Positions 39,523-50,305 of a stretch of DNA of 64,000 nt are shown here, piece after piece. The notes beneath the pieces were generated by a model. That model was not told the origin of the DNA, ran no database searches, and was given only the letters and a program-made list of their open reading frames with translations. The stretch is from the NCBI GenBank assembly GCA_037443365.1, contig JBBIOM010000001.1, forward strand, positions 33,693 to 97,692. Direction: 5' to 3'. The first letter of the stretch is position 1. The number at the start of each line of letters is the position of its first letter. Both the position numbers and the translations under genes were made by a program. This DNA comes from Armatimonadota bacterium. GTDB lineage: Bacteria; Sysuimicrobiota; Sysuimicrobiia; Sysuimicrobiales; Humicultoraceae.

Positions 39523-42417
39523 CTAGACGTCCCGGGCGGCCTTCACCCGCTCCCGGAGGGCCGCCTGCGCAGCAGCCAGGCGGGCGACGGGCACCCGGTA
39601 CGGCGAGCAGCTCACGTAGTTGAGCCCCAGCGAGTGGCAGAACTCTACCGACTCGGGATCCCCACCGTGCTCGCCGCAGATGCCTATCTCCAGGCCGGGA
39701 CGCTGGGCGCGCCCCCCTGATACCGCCAGCCGCATGGCCTCACCGACACCCTTGCGGTCGATCGTCTGGAACGGGTTCTTGGGCAGGATCCCCTTCTCGA
39801 CGTACTGCAGCAGGAACTTGCCCTCCGCGTCATCGCGGGAGATGCCAAAGACGGTCTGCGTGAGATCGTTCGTGCCAAACGAGAAGAACTCGGCTTGCTG
39901 CGCTATCTCGCCGGCCGCGAAGCAGGCACGCGGCAGCTCTATCATGGTGCCAAACTTGTAGGCGACCTCAACCTCCTCGCGCTCGAGCACGGCGCGAACG
40001 ACCGCCACCAGCTCGCGGTGCGTCTCGCGCAACTCGTTGACGTGGCTGACAAGAGGGATCATGATCTCTGGCATCGCCACGATGCCCCGCTTCGTTACGC
40101 GACAGGCCGCCTCCATTATCGCCCTGACCTGCATCGCGATGATCTCGGGGTAGGCGAGCCCCAGCCGGATTCCGCGAAGGCCCAGCATCGGATTGGCCTC
40201 GCGCATCGCGCCGACGGCGCGAAGCGCCGCCTCCCTGCGACGCAACCGTGCACGCAGCGACGCCAGTGAGGGCTGGCCCTTCCGGGGCCGCCACCGGGGC
40301 ACACCCTCCAGCGCTTCCACCCGGGCGCGCAGCGCGCTTACCTCTTCCAGCAGTGAATCGTGCGATGGCAGGAACTCGTGCAGGGGCGGGTCGATGAGGC
40401 GGATGATGACGGGCAGGCCGTCCATCGCCCTGAACAGCCCCTCGAAATCCCGGCGCTGGAGCCCAAGGAGGGTGGATAGCGCGCCCTGGTACAGGCGCAC
40501 CGCCCGGGAGGACCGCATCGTCCGCCGCGCCGCCAGAAGCTCGGACGCGAGCTTCTTGTCATCGGGCCGTTCGGCGGCCGCGCGCTCCGCTGCCCGGCAC
40601 CTGCTGATTGCGGCCTGGGCTTCCCCGGCGTTGAGGATCATCTGGCGCACGGCCGGCAGGCGGTCCTCCTCGAAGAACATGTGCTCGGTCCGGCACAAAC
40701 CGATCCCCTCGGCCCCGAAGCCGCGTGCGCGGACCGCGTCGCGCGGGTAGTCCGCGTTCGCCCACACGCCCAGGCGACGCTCGGCATCGGCCCACGAAAG
40801 CAACTCCATGAGATCTACCTGCTCCTCGAGCCTGGGCTCGATCGCCGGCAGCTCGCCCGAGAACACCTCCCCGGTGCCGCCGTCAATCGAGATGTGCTCG
40901 CCCTGCCGGATCGTGCGCCCGTTCGCCAGGAGCCGGCGGCCCTCCACGTCGACGCGTATCGCCTCGCAACCAGCAACGCAGGGCAGGCCGAGTCCGCGCG
41001 CCACGACCGCGGCATGGCTTGTGGCACCGCCGCGGCTCGTCAGTATCCCCTTGGCGCTGAGCATTCCGTGCACGTCGTCGGGGTTGGTCTCCGGCCTGAC
41101 AAGGATGACCGGCCTGCCGGCCTTGCCCCACTCCTCGGCGGTGTCGGCGTCGAAGACAGCCAGGCCCACGGCCGCCCCAGGAGACGCGTTGAGTCCGCGG
41201 GCCAGGAAGCGTCCGGCCGCGGCCGCCGCCTCCTTCGCGCGCGCGTCGAACCGGGGGTGGAGCAGCATATCGATCTGTCCTGGCTCGACGCGCAGCAGCG
41301 CCTCGCCCTTCGAGATCAGTCCTTCGCGCGCCATGTCCACGGCGACCTTGACCGCGGCCTGCGCGGTCCGCTTACCGGTCCGCGTCTGCAGCATCCAGAG
41401 CCGGCCCCGCTCGATCGTGAACTCCAGGTCCTGCACGTCGCGGTAGTGCCGCTCGAGCATCTCGCAGACGCCAATGAACTCCTCGTAGGCCTTCGGGATG
41501 TCGCGAGCCAGCTCGTGAATCGGCTTGGGATTGCGTATTCCCGCGACCACGTCCTCGCCCTGCGCGTTCATCAGGTACTCACCGAACACTGCGCGCTCAC
41601 CGGTCGCGGGGTTGCGGGTGAAGGCCACACCGGTCCCCGAGTCCGATCCCATGTTTCCGAAGACCATGACCTGCACGTTCACTGCAGTGCCCAGGTCGTG
41701 CGAGATCCCGTGGAAGTTGCGGTAGTCAACCGCCCGCTTACCCTGCCATGAATCGAACACGGCCTGGATCGCCATCCGGAGCTGCCTGCGCGGATCCTGG
41801 GGAAACTCGATCCCCCGCTCGGACTGGATGAGCCGGCGGAAGGCCTCCGCTATGCCGCGCAGGTCGTCCGCGTCCAGGTCGGTGTCCTGGGCGACGCGCC
41901 GCCGCGCCTTGGCGCGCTGGATTATGTGCTCGAACTGCTCCCCGGGTATGCCCAGGACGGTCTTCCCAAACATCTGGACGAGCCGGCGGTACGCATCACG
42001 CGCGAAGCGCTCGTTGCCCGTCTGCCGGGCCAGGCCGACGATGGTCTTGTCGTTCAGCCCCAGGTTGAGCACCGTGTCCATCATCCCGGGCATGCTGAAG
42101 ACGGCCCCCGACCGCACCGAGACGAGCAGCGGGTTGGAGGGGTCACCGAAGCGCTTGCCCACCTTCTCCTCGATGACGCGCATCCGAGCCTCCACCTCGT
42201 CGAACAACCCGGCGGGTATCTTGCGTCCAGCGCGCATGTACTCCACGCAGGCGCCCGTGTTGATCGTAAACCCGGGCGGGACCGGCAGGCCCACACGGCA
42301 CATCTCTGCCAACCCCGCGCCCTTGCCGCCCAGCAGTTCGCGCTTCGACGCATCGCCCTCCTCGAAGAGATGCGTCCACCGCAACCCGCTGGCCGCGTCC
42401 TTCCCTGCACCCGCCAT
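39523..42417 (-). CDS. ppdK: Pyruvate, phosphate dikinase
   Basis: Motifs LGGKGA, SMPGMMDT, GGATSHAAVVARG, GLCRTEHMF, SFGTNDLTQ, GICGEHGG. Confidence 0.97.
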   Translation of the reverse strand: MAGAGKDAASGLRWTHLFEEGDASKRELLGGKGAGLAEMCRVGLPVPPGFTINTGACVEYMRAGRKIPAGLFDEVEARMRVIEEKVGKRFGDPSNPLLVSVRSGAVFSMPGMMDTVLNLGLNDKTIVGLARQTGNERFARDAYRRLVQMFGKTVLGIPGEQFEHIIQRAKARRRVAQDTDLDADDLRGIAEAFRRLIQSERGIEFPQDPRRQLRMAIQAVFDSWQGKRAVDYRNFHGISHDLGTAVNVQVMVFGNMGSDSGTGVAFTRNPATGERAVFGEYLMNAQGEDVVAGIRNPKPIHELARDIPKAYEEFIGVCEMLERHYRDVQDLEFTIERGRLWMLQTRTGKRTAQAAVKVAVDMAREGLISKGEALLRVEPGQIDMLLHPRFDARAKEAAAAAGRFLARGLNASPGAAVGLAVFDADTAEEWGKAGRPVILVRPETNPDDVHGMLSAKGILTSRGGATSHAAVVARGLGLPCVAGCEAIRVDVEGRRLLANGRTIRQGEHISIDGGTGEVFSGELPAIEPRLEEQVDLMELLSWADAERRLGVWANADYPRDAVRARGFGAEGIGLCRTEHMFFEEDRLPAVRQMILNAGEAQAAISRCRAAERAAAERPDDKKLASELLAARRTMRSSRAVRLYQGALSTLLGLQRRDFEGLFRAMDGLPVIIRLIDPPLHEFLPSHDSLLEEVSALRARVEALEGVPRWRPRKGQPSLASLRARLRRREAALRAVGAMREANPMLGLRGIRLGLAYPEIIAMQVRAIMEAACRVTKRGIVAMPEIMIPLVSHVNELRETHRELVAVVRAVLEREEVEVAYKFGTMIELPRACFAAGEIAQQAEFFSFGTNDLTQTVFGISRDDAEGKFLLQYVEKGILPKNPFQTIDRKGVGEAMRLAVSGGRAQRPGLEIGICGEHGGDPESVEFCHSLGLNYVSCSPYRVPVARLAAAQAALRERVKAARDV

Positions 42418-42433
42418 CCAACATCACTCCCCT

Positions 42434-44564
42434 CTAGATCACCAGCACGCCGAAGTCGGCGATCTTCCTGAAGCTTCCGGACACCCTCTCCAGCAGCGCC
42501 AGGCGGTTCTCGCGAAGCGCCGCATCCGGCGCGTTCACGAGTACCTTGTCGAAGAAGCCGTCTATTGGGCCTGCCAGGGTCGCGATCTCCGCCAGTGCCA
42601 GCGCGTACTGCCGCGACTGGGCGGCCGAGGTCAACCTGGGGTGGGCCCGCAGCCATGCCCCGTGTAGTTCCATCTCCGCCGGTTCCACCAGCAGCTCCTC
42701 GCGGAGGCCCCCTTGGGCTACATCGCGAGCCCCTTCGCCGATTGAGGTCCGGCCGGCCTGAACGAGGATGCGGTGAACCCTCAGGTAGCCCGTCACCAGG
42801 AGCGGCATCACGGGCTGCGCCCTAAGCTCGTGGAGTGCGCGTGCGCGAGCGACGAGATCAGGAACATCATCAGAGCCCACAGCGAGGGTGGCGTTGATCG
42901 TGTCGTACGCGAGCCCCTCCTCCGTCAGCATGCCGACAAGCCGCTGCTGTGCAATGCGAACACATGCCGCCGCGACACGTGCGCGGTCTCCATCCGGCGC
43001 GTCAAAAGTCATTGCCGCCTGGCCGAACAGCTCGCGCAGGGATATCGCCAGACCGTGTTCGCGCAGAACGGTCGCAATCCCAGATGCGGCCCGCCGTATG
43101 CCGTGGGGATCCTGCGATCCGCTGGGCTCAAGCCCGGCGTGCACGGCGCCCGCCATCAGCACGGCGCGGTCAGCCAGGGACAGCAGCGCGCCGGGAAGGC
43201 TGCGCGGCAGGTCTGCTCCTAAGCCCCGGGGGGCGTAGTGCTCCTCGATGGCGACGGCGACGGTCTCGGCCTCGCCCCTCTCCCTCGCATAGATCGCGCC
43301 GATCGCGCCCTGCAACTCCGGGAACTCCCTTACGAGAGAGGTCGTGAGGTCGGCCTTGCACAACCGCGCGGCCCGATCCAGCGCTCGGCCGTCGGAGTCC
43401 GAGATGCCGAGGGCGTCAGCCAGCCATCGTGCCAGGTGGCACACGCGACTCACGTGGTCGGCCACGGTCCCCAGCCCCTCGACGTGGGCTACACGGGTCA
43501 GGGCCTCGTTCCACTGGTCGAATCCGCTGCGACGGTCCTCCTCCAGGAAGAAGAGCGCGTCCTTGAGCCGCGCCCGCACGACCCACTCGTGGCCGGTACG
43601 CACCACATCGAGATGGGAAGTCCCGCCGTCCCGCACGGTCACGAACGCCGGCACAAGTGCGCCTGAGCCGTCCACGATGCCGAAGCACTTCTGGTGATGC
43701 TGCAGCGTCACCCGAACCACAATAGGAGGCAGGGCAGCCACAAGATCCGCCTCCAACCGGCCCAGCACCGGGGTCGGGTGCTCGGTGGACCACACGAGTT
43801 CTTCCAGGAGGGCCTCGTCCAGCACCGGCCGGCCGGCCACGGTCCCAGCCAGCGTGGTCGTACCCCCTGCGATGCGGGCGCGTCGCTCCTCGGCCGAGAG
43901 CAGAACCCGCGCCCGCCTCATGATGCCCTCGTAGTCGGCCGCCCTGGCGACGGCGGCCCTGCCGGGCGCCAGGAACCGGTGCCCGACGGTGCGCCGTCCT
44001 GCCCTCACACCCGCGATCTCCAAGGGAATGACACGCCCGTCGAGCAGCGCGACGATCCATCGAATGGGGCGGCCAAAGCGGAACCCGCCAGCGTTCCACC
44101 GCATCATCTTGGGAAACGTCAGCCCGGCCGCCAGGCGTGGCAACAGCTCTCTCAGAACCTCCGCGGCAGGGCGGCCGGTCTCCCGAACCTCGGCGACGAC
44201 GTACCTGCCGCCTTCGATCTCGCACGCCCGCAGCGACTCCACGGCGACTCCTTGCGACCGTGCGAATCCGTGCGCGGCAGCCGTCGGGCACCCATCCGCG
44301 TCGTAGGCGATCCTGGCCGCGGGGCCGCGCACCTGCGTTACGAGGTCGCGCTGCCGCGAACTCAAACCTTGGGCGGTCAGCACCAGCCTGCGCAGCGTGC
44401 CGGTGGTCGCCAGCCGCTCGGCATCCAGCCGCGCATCGCCCAGGACAGCCGTCGCATCGCGCAGCAGCTGCTCGAGCGCAGGGCGCACTGCCGCGGGCGG
44501 GAGCTCCTCGGTCCCGATCTCGAGGAGCAACCTGGGCGCAGAAGGACGCCTCGCGCCCGGCCGC

Positions 44565-44572
<8 letters not shown>
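42434..44572 (-). CDS. glyS: Glycine--tRNA ligase beta subunit
   Basis: Motifs [25 protein letters not shown]...V.EFPELQG, GSQDP.GIRR, NRLALL. Confidence 0.96.
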
Positions 44573-45464
<892 letters not shown>

Positions 45465-45475
45465 ATACAGAAGCA

Positions 45476-45501
45476 GAGCCCCGTCACGGCGACGGGAGCT
45501 C
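45476..45501 (-). terminator. Terminator-like hairpin in the glyQS leader
   Basis: GAGCtCCCGTC-GCCGT-GACGGGGCTC followed by TGCTTCTGT. Confidence 0.5.
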
Positions 45502-45530
45502 CGCGAACATGGCTGGCGGAATACCCGAGT

Positions 45531-45559
45531 ATTCTACCAACCGCGCCAGACGGGGTCAA
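45531..45559 (-). promoter_or_regulatory. Sigma-70/A promoter of glyQS
   Basis: TTGACC-17nt-TAGAAT, with TG extension. Confidence 0.72.
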
Positions 45560-45564
45560 CGCGC

Positions 45565-45819
45565 CTAGCCGATCCCCAGCGGCTCTTCCTCGCGTGAGCA
45601 CCGCCTGATCGCGGGAACCGGAAGGGCGGAGACCACCGCGGCCGCTGCGAAGGCCACCAGCCCCGCAACCGCCCAGGACATCGGCAGTTCGATCACATCC
45701 GACTCCGTCTTGAGGCGCACAACGGACCCTGCCCCTGGCTGGATCACGCCGCGGGCTTCGGCCAGGGCGGCGCCCAGGTCTATGATCGCACGCCGCGCCC
45801 GGTCGAGATCAATGTCCAT
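45565..45819 (-). CDS. Small hypothetical protein, DUF4342-like
   Basis: SD AGGAGG. VRLK....IELP followed by a hydrophobic helix and C.xEEE. The recO-X-glyQ position matches my recollection of clostridial DUF4342. Confidence 0.55.
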   Translation of the reverse strand: MDIDLDRARRAIIDLGAALAEARGVIQPGAGSVVRLKTESDVIELPMSWAVAGLVAFAAAAVVSALPVPAIRRCSREEEPLGIG

Positions 45820-45853
45820 GCGGGTACCTCCTCTCGATTCACAGCCACGCTGA

Positions 45854-46594
45854 CTATACCATAGAGAGCGCCCGGACGACCGCGGGAGACCTCAGGCGGG
45901 TCTCCCAGCACGCCTCGGCGTACGCGAACAGCAGGTCCGCCACAGCGGAGCGCACGCCGGGCGCGGGGGCCAGGCGGCGAACCGCGGACGGGGACGCGTC
46001 GAGCAGGAACCGCAGGAGGGCCTGCGCGGCCGGGGCGACTTGCACCGCATCGGGATCTCGGGAACAGCAACCGGCGTGCACACACCCGCCGAGGACGTTG
46101 CTCCACCGGCCCTCACCGCGCACGCGCAGCCCGCACACCGGGCAGTGACCCACCACGGGGCGATGTCCTGTCAGAACCAGCAGCCGGGCGGCAAACCACA
46201 GACCAGCGCAAGCGCAGCCGGCCCCCAGCAGGCTCAGGGCGTCGCGCAGGAGCGCGTAGACATCGGGGTGTGGATGCCGATCAGCCAGCGCCCGGTCGGC
46301 CATCTCCAGCATGACGTGGGCCGGGCCCATGCGTTCGATCTCCCTCCGGAGTCTCGCGTGCGCGTCGAGCACCTCCACCTGAGAGACCACATCGAGCGTA
46401 CGGCCCTCCGCCACCAGGGCGCGAAATCTCGTTGGGGGCTCCAGGCGACCGCCCAAACGGCTGCGGGGGCGCCGCGCGCCCCTGGCCGCGAGGACGATCT
46501 TGCCCCTATCGCGCGAAAGCACCGTGACCAGCCTGTCCGCCTCTCCCAAGTTGCGGCGGCGCAGTACGACGGCCTCGATCTTGTAGAGCCCCAT
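45854..46594 (-). CDS. recO: DNA repair protein RecO
   Basis: Motifs AVVLRRRNLGEADR, GKI...ARGARRPRSRLGG.LEP, CPVCG. Confidence 0.93.
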   Translation of the reverse strand: MGLYKIEAVVLRRRNLGEADRLVTVLSRDRGKIVLAARGARRPRSRLGGRLEPPTRFRALVAEGRTLDVVSQVEVLDAHARLRREIERMGPAHVMLEMADRALADRHPHPDVYALLRDALSLLGAGCACAGLWFAARLLVLTGHRPVVGHCPVCGLRVRGEGRWSNVLGGCVHAGCCSRDPDAVQVAPAAQALLRFLLDASPSAVRRLAPAPGVRSAVADLLFAYAEACWETRLRSPAVVRALSMV

Positions 46595-46597
46595 TGC

Positions 46598-47830
46598 CTA
46601 GAAGCTGCCTGCGAGCAGCAGCGCGGTCAGCAGAATCAGCAAAGCGATCGTGGCGCCGGCCACAAGGTTCGCGCCGCGGCCGTTCACGCTGTCGCCCATG
46701 AGGCGCCGGTCATTGACCAGGCGCAGGATGATCACGAGCACCGCGGGCAGGAGAATACCGTTGAGCGCCTGCGACGCTACCATCACCGGGACGAGAGGCA
46801 GCCGCGGCCACAGCACCACGAGCGCGCTGCCCGCCAGCACCGCGAGGAACAGGCCGTAGAAGATGGGCGCCTGCGAAACGGAGCGGTCCAGGCCTGCCTC
46901 CCAGCCGAACGCCTCGCACACCGCGTAGGCGGTGCACAGCGGGATGATCGCGACCGAAAACACGGCGGCGTTGAGCAGTCCGATGGCGAAGAGGATGGAG
47001 GCGTACTGCCCCGCCAGAGGGGCCAGCGCTCGCGCCGCGTCCTCGGCGCGAGTCACCTGGATGCCGTGGGGGAAGAGCGTGGCGGCGGTGGCCACGATGA
47101 TGGACCCGGCTACCAGCACCGTGACGAGTGCACCGAGTGTCAGGTCCACGCGCTCCAGGCGGAGGTCGTCCGCGGTCAGGCCCTTGTCCACGACGGACGC
47201 CTGATGGTAGAACTGCATCCACGGCGCTATCGTCGTCCCGATCAACGCGACGAGCAGGAAGACGTAGTCGGTCTCGGGCCGCCACGCGGGCACGACCGTA
47301 GAGCGAAGCGCAGCGCCCCAGTCTGGACGCGCCAGCACCGCCGAGACGGCGTACAGGAGGTAGATGGCGGACGCGCCCAGGAAGATGCGTTCAACCAACC
47401 GGTAGCCGCCGCGCAGGACCAAACCGGCCACCGCCACGGTGACAACGGGAACCCCTACCGCCCGCGGCAGGCCGAAGATCTCCAGGCTGCCAGCCACGCC
47501 CGCGAAGTTCCCGATCGTGTTGGCCGCGTTGGCCAGCACGAGCGCGAACATGATCGCGGCGGTTGCCCGAACCCCGAACTGCTCGCGTATGAGGTCGGCC
47601 AGGCCCATGCCGGTTGTCGCGCCCATGCGCGCCACCATCTCCTGTATGACGATCAGGGCGATCGTGGCGACCGGGAGCGTCCACAGCAGAGCGTAGCCGA
47701 AGTGCGCGCCGGCGGTGGAGTACGTGGCGATACCGTTGGCGTCGTTGTCCACCGCCGCGGTGATGATCCCGGGGCCTGCCACCGTCAGGAACAGCGCGAG
47801 GCCCATCCAGCGGCGCCTGAGCCAGGACAA
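46598..47830 (-). CDS. Nramp-family transporter, NRMT (Mg2+-type) clade
   Basis: GPGIIT..VDNDANGIATYS (not DPGN), QEMVARMG, GTTIAPWMQFY. Confidence 0.88.
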   Translation of the reverse strand: MSWLRRRWMGLALFLTVAGPGIITAAVDNDANGIATYSTAGAHFGYALLWTLPVATIALIVIQEMVARMGATTGMGLADLIREQFGVRATAAIMFALVLANAANTIGNFAGVAGSLEIFGLPRAVGVPVVTVAVAGLVLRGGYRLVERIFLGASAIYLLYAVSAVLARPDWGAALRSTVVPAWRPETDYVFLLVALIGTTIAPWMQFYHQASVVDKGLTADDLRLERVDLTLGALVTVLVAGSIIVATAATLFPHGIQVTRAEDAARALAPLAGQYASILFAIGLLNAAVFSVAIIPLCTAYAVCEAFGWEAGLDRSVSQAPIFYGLFLAVLAGSALVVLWPRLPLVPVMVASQALNGILLPAVLVIILRLVNDRRLMGDSVNGRGANLVAGATIALLILLTALLLAGSF

Positions 47831-47836
47831 ACCCGT

Positions 47837-49123
47837 CTACCCTCGCCGCACCCTGCGGAGGCGCTCCAGACGGCGCGGCATCCGCTCGCCCAACCGCTCG
47901 GCCAGCAGATCCATCACGTCGTCCACCAGAACGGTGCCCAAGAGGCGGTCCTGCGCGTCCACCACCGGAATAGCCAGGAGATCGTACTTGATCAGCGCAG
48001 CCGCGGCGGCTTCCTCGCTCTCGTCGGCGCGCACGGCTATCACGTCCTGGGATGCGATCTCCAACACGGGGGTCTGCGGGTCCGCTATCAGCAATCCTCG
48101 AAGCGAGAGGACCCCGGCCAGCCTCCCGTCGGGGCGGATGACGTACAGGTAGTAGATCGCCTCGGCGTCGGGTGCCAGCTCGCGGAGGTGCGCGATCGCC
48201 TGCCCTGCCGAGTGGGAGTCGGGTATCGCGATGAAGCTCGGCGTCATGCGTCCCCCGGCCGAGGCCGGAGGGTACGCGAGGAGCCGGGAGACCTCGGCCC
48301 CGGCCTCGGGCTCCATGCGCACGATAAGGTCTGTCGCGGTCTCTTCCGGGAGTTCGGCCAGCGCATCCGCAGCCTCGTCGGGCTCCATCTCCTCCAGGAT
48401 GTCCGAGGCGCGCTCAGCCGGAAGCGACCGCAGGATGTTGGCCTGCACCTCCGGCTCGGCCGCCTCGAGCACCTCGGCCGCGTCCTCCTGGGATAGGGCC
48501 GACATGACCTCCATGCGCCCCTCCCTGTCCATCTCGGTAAGCAGGTCCGCCAGATCGGCCGGGTGGATTGCTTCCAGCCGCTCCCTGGAGATGTGCAGCT
48601 TCAGGGGTGTGACCGGCCCCCCCAGAGCAGCCACCACGGTCCACGGCAGGGCCTGGTCGGCGAGGGAACGTCCCATCCACCGCAGGACGGATCGCACGGC
48701 GGCCTCGGCGCCAAGGCGCCGCAGGAGCCCGCCGAGCCCCACGTCCACGCCGGTCAGGTAGAGCTCGCCGTCGCCCGGGGAGAGAAACAGATCGTTGACC
48801 TTCACGATGCGCAGGCCGTGGGTATCCACGACCTGCTTGTCCAAGAGGGATTCTCGCAGAGGGATCTCGTCGGGCTGGAGCGGGCGAGGGCTGAGCGCGG
48901 CCCGAGGCACATCCAGCGTGACCGCGGGCTCCATGTCGCGGACCGCGCTCCAGGGAATCAGCGCGACCCGAGGGCGATCTACATCAAGCAGCAGTCCGAC
49001 GATGCGCGGGCGGGTGGGATGGACCTCAGCGGCCAGGTCGGCCAGGCGCCCCAGCACGAAGCCTTCGGCATCCTGCACCCGCCTGCCCAGCAACCGGCTG
49101 AAGGGCAGAGACACGACCTGCAA
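47837..49123 (-). CDS. Soluble MgtE-N plus CBS domain protein without transmembrane domain
   Basis: LLDKQVVD..G..V.VND, HPADLAD, acidic helical repeats, AGGRMT, IYYLYV, KYDLLAIPVVD. Ends after the CBS pair. TTG start. Confidence 0.85.
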   Translation of the reverse strand: MQVVSLPFSRLLGRRVQDAEGFVLGRLADLAAEVHPTRPRIVGLLLDVDRPRVALIPWSAVRDMEPAVTLDVPRAALSPRPLQPDEIPLRESLLDKQVVDTHGLRIVKVNDLFLSPGDGELYLTGVDVGLGGLLRRLGAEAAVRSVLRWMGRSLADQALPWTVVAALGGPVTPLKLHISRERLEAIHPADLADLLTEMDREGRMEVMSALSQEDAAEVLEAAEPEVQANILRSLPAERASDILEEMEPDEAADALAELPEETATDLIVRMEPEAGAEVSRLLAYPPASAGGRMTPSFIAIPDSHSAGQAIAHLRELAPDAEAIYYLYVIRPDGRLAGVLSLRGLLIADPQTPVLEIASQDVIAVRADESEEAAAAALIKYDLLAIPVVDAQDRLLGTVLVDDVMDLLAERLGERMPRRLERLRRVRRG

Positions 49124-49184
49124 GGGGAGGCTCCTGCGCGCCTTCGTCTGCGTTCATGTAGCAGTCACCGCGCACCCCTGACCC

Positions 49185-49214
49185 AATATACGAGCAGGCG
49201 TGCGGAGCCGTCAA
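49185..49214 (-). promoter_or_regulatory. Sigma-70/A promoter of the MgtE_N-NRMT unit
   Basis: TTGACG-18nt-TATATT. Confidence 0.6.
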
Positions 49215-49247
49215 GGAATCAGGGGAACTCCTCCCCTGGTCGCCGGG

Positions 49248-49691
49248 CTAGCGCGATCCCAGGTGGGAGGAATCGAACGGCAGGCTCAGCAGATCGTTCA
49301 GGCAGAAGACCCGGGGCGCGCCCCTGGGCGCTGCCACGATGACCTCGCGCACCCCGAACTCGAGCATCACCTGGCGGCACGCGCCGCAAGGCATGGCGGC
49401 CGGGGGCCCGGAAACTACGGCGACCGCGCGCAGCCGGCGGTGCCCCTCGGCCACGGCGCGGTGGATCGCGACCCGCTCGGCGCACAGTGACAACCCGTAC
49501 GAAGCGTTCTCCACGTTGCAGCCGGCGATCACCGCTCCAGACGCGGTCAGCACCGCGGCGCCCACCGAATAGCACGAGTAGGGCGAATACGAGCGCCCGC
49601 GGGCCGCACGCGCCGCGCGCACCAGTGCACGCAGCGCCGGGTGCGGCGTCTGCGGGGGGTGCGGACGAGGCAGGGGGCGTTTCACTCGCAT
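49248..49691 (-). CDS. cdd: Cytidine deaminase (homotetrameric type)
   Basis: Motifs YSPYS, GCNVENASYG...CAER, PCGACRQ. ATG 49691 overlaps the upstream stop. Confidence 0.95.
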   Translation of the reverse strand: MRVKRPLPRPHPPQTPHPALRALVRAARAARGRSYSPYSCYSVGAAVLTASGAVIAGCNVENASYGLSLCAERVAIHRAVAEGHRRLRAVAVVSGPPAAMPCGACRQVMLEFGVREVIVAAPRGAPRVFCLNDLLSLPFDSSHLGSR

Positions 49692-50305
49692 CAACTCTTC
49701 GGCGACCCGCCCTCCGGCGTGTGGGGCGGCGTTGCGATGCCGGCCGAGATGACGAGCTTCAGCGCATCCTCCACGCTCATCTCCAGCGGGGTGATCTGGT
49801 GCTCGGGAACGAGGCACAGGAAGCCTGTCGTGGGGTTGGGGGTCGTGACCACGAAGACGTTCACGAGGTGCTCGGCGGTCTTCGCCTGCACCTCCCCCCG
49901 CGTCTCGCCCGTGAGGAATCCCACGGTGAAGAGGCCTGGACGCGGCCATTCGAGCAGCACGGCCCGCCTGAATGCCCCGCGCTTCTGCTGCAAGAGCGCG
50001 TCGCTGATCTGCTTGGTCGCGAAGTAGACGGTCCTGGCCAGGGGGATGCGCATCATCAGGGAGTCGAACAACTGGACGATGCGGCCCCCGATGATGTTGC
50101 TGGCCATGGTCCCCGCCGCCAGGATCAACAGGAACCCGGCCAGCAACCCCAGCCCAGGGATCCTGAAACCCAATACGCGGGCGAAGAATGGACCCAACAG
50201 GTTGTCGAGGAATCGGAACAGGAACAGCAGCACGAAGACCGTCACGCCCAGCGGCAGGGTCACCAGCAGCCCTGCGATGAGGTGCCTCCGGAAGTGGTGC
50301 AGCAT
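49691..50305 (-). CDS. DUF502 family membrane protein
   Basis: Motifs AGLLV.LP..VT, RIPL.R.VY..KQ, EWPRPG, TTPNPTTGF, MSVEDALKLVISAG. Confidence 0.9.
   Translation of the reverse strand: MLHHFRRHLIAGLLVTLPLGVTVFVLLFLFRFLDNLLGPFFARVLGFRIPGLGLLAGFLLILAAGTMASNIIGGRIVQLFDSLMMRIPLARTVYFATKQISDALLQQKRGAFRRAVLLEWPRPGLFTVGFLTGETRGEVQAKTAEHLVNVFVVTTPNPTTGFLCLVPEHQITPLEMSVEDALKLVISAGIATPPHTPEGGSPKS

Noticed and set aside
45465-45530. Intact T-box riboswitch before glyQS
   Set aside because: Leader is too short for Stem I, and there is no UGGN-ACC bulge.
46040-48496. 818-aa + strand ORF and similar long ORFs (4832-6784, 1276-2721, 58698-60455, 21520-22950)
   Set aside because: Antisense shadows of well-supported genes. 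Long stop-free opposite frames are expected at this GC content, and they show no family motifs.
49124-49184. M-box riboswitch or leader peptide before the MgtE_N gene
   Set aside because: Leader is about 55 nt. The upstream ATG is out of frame, has no SD and no telling codon content.
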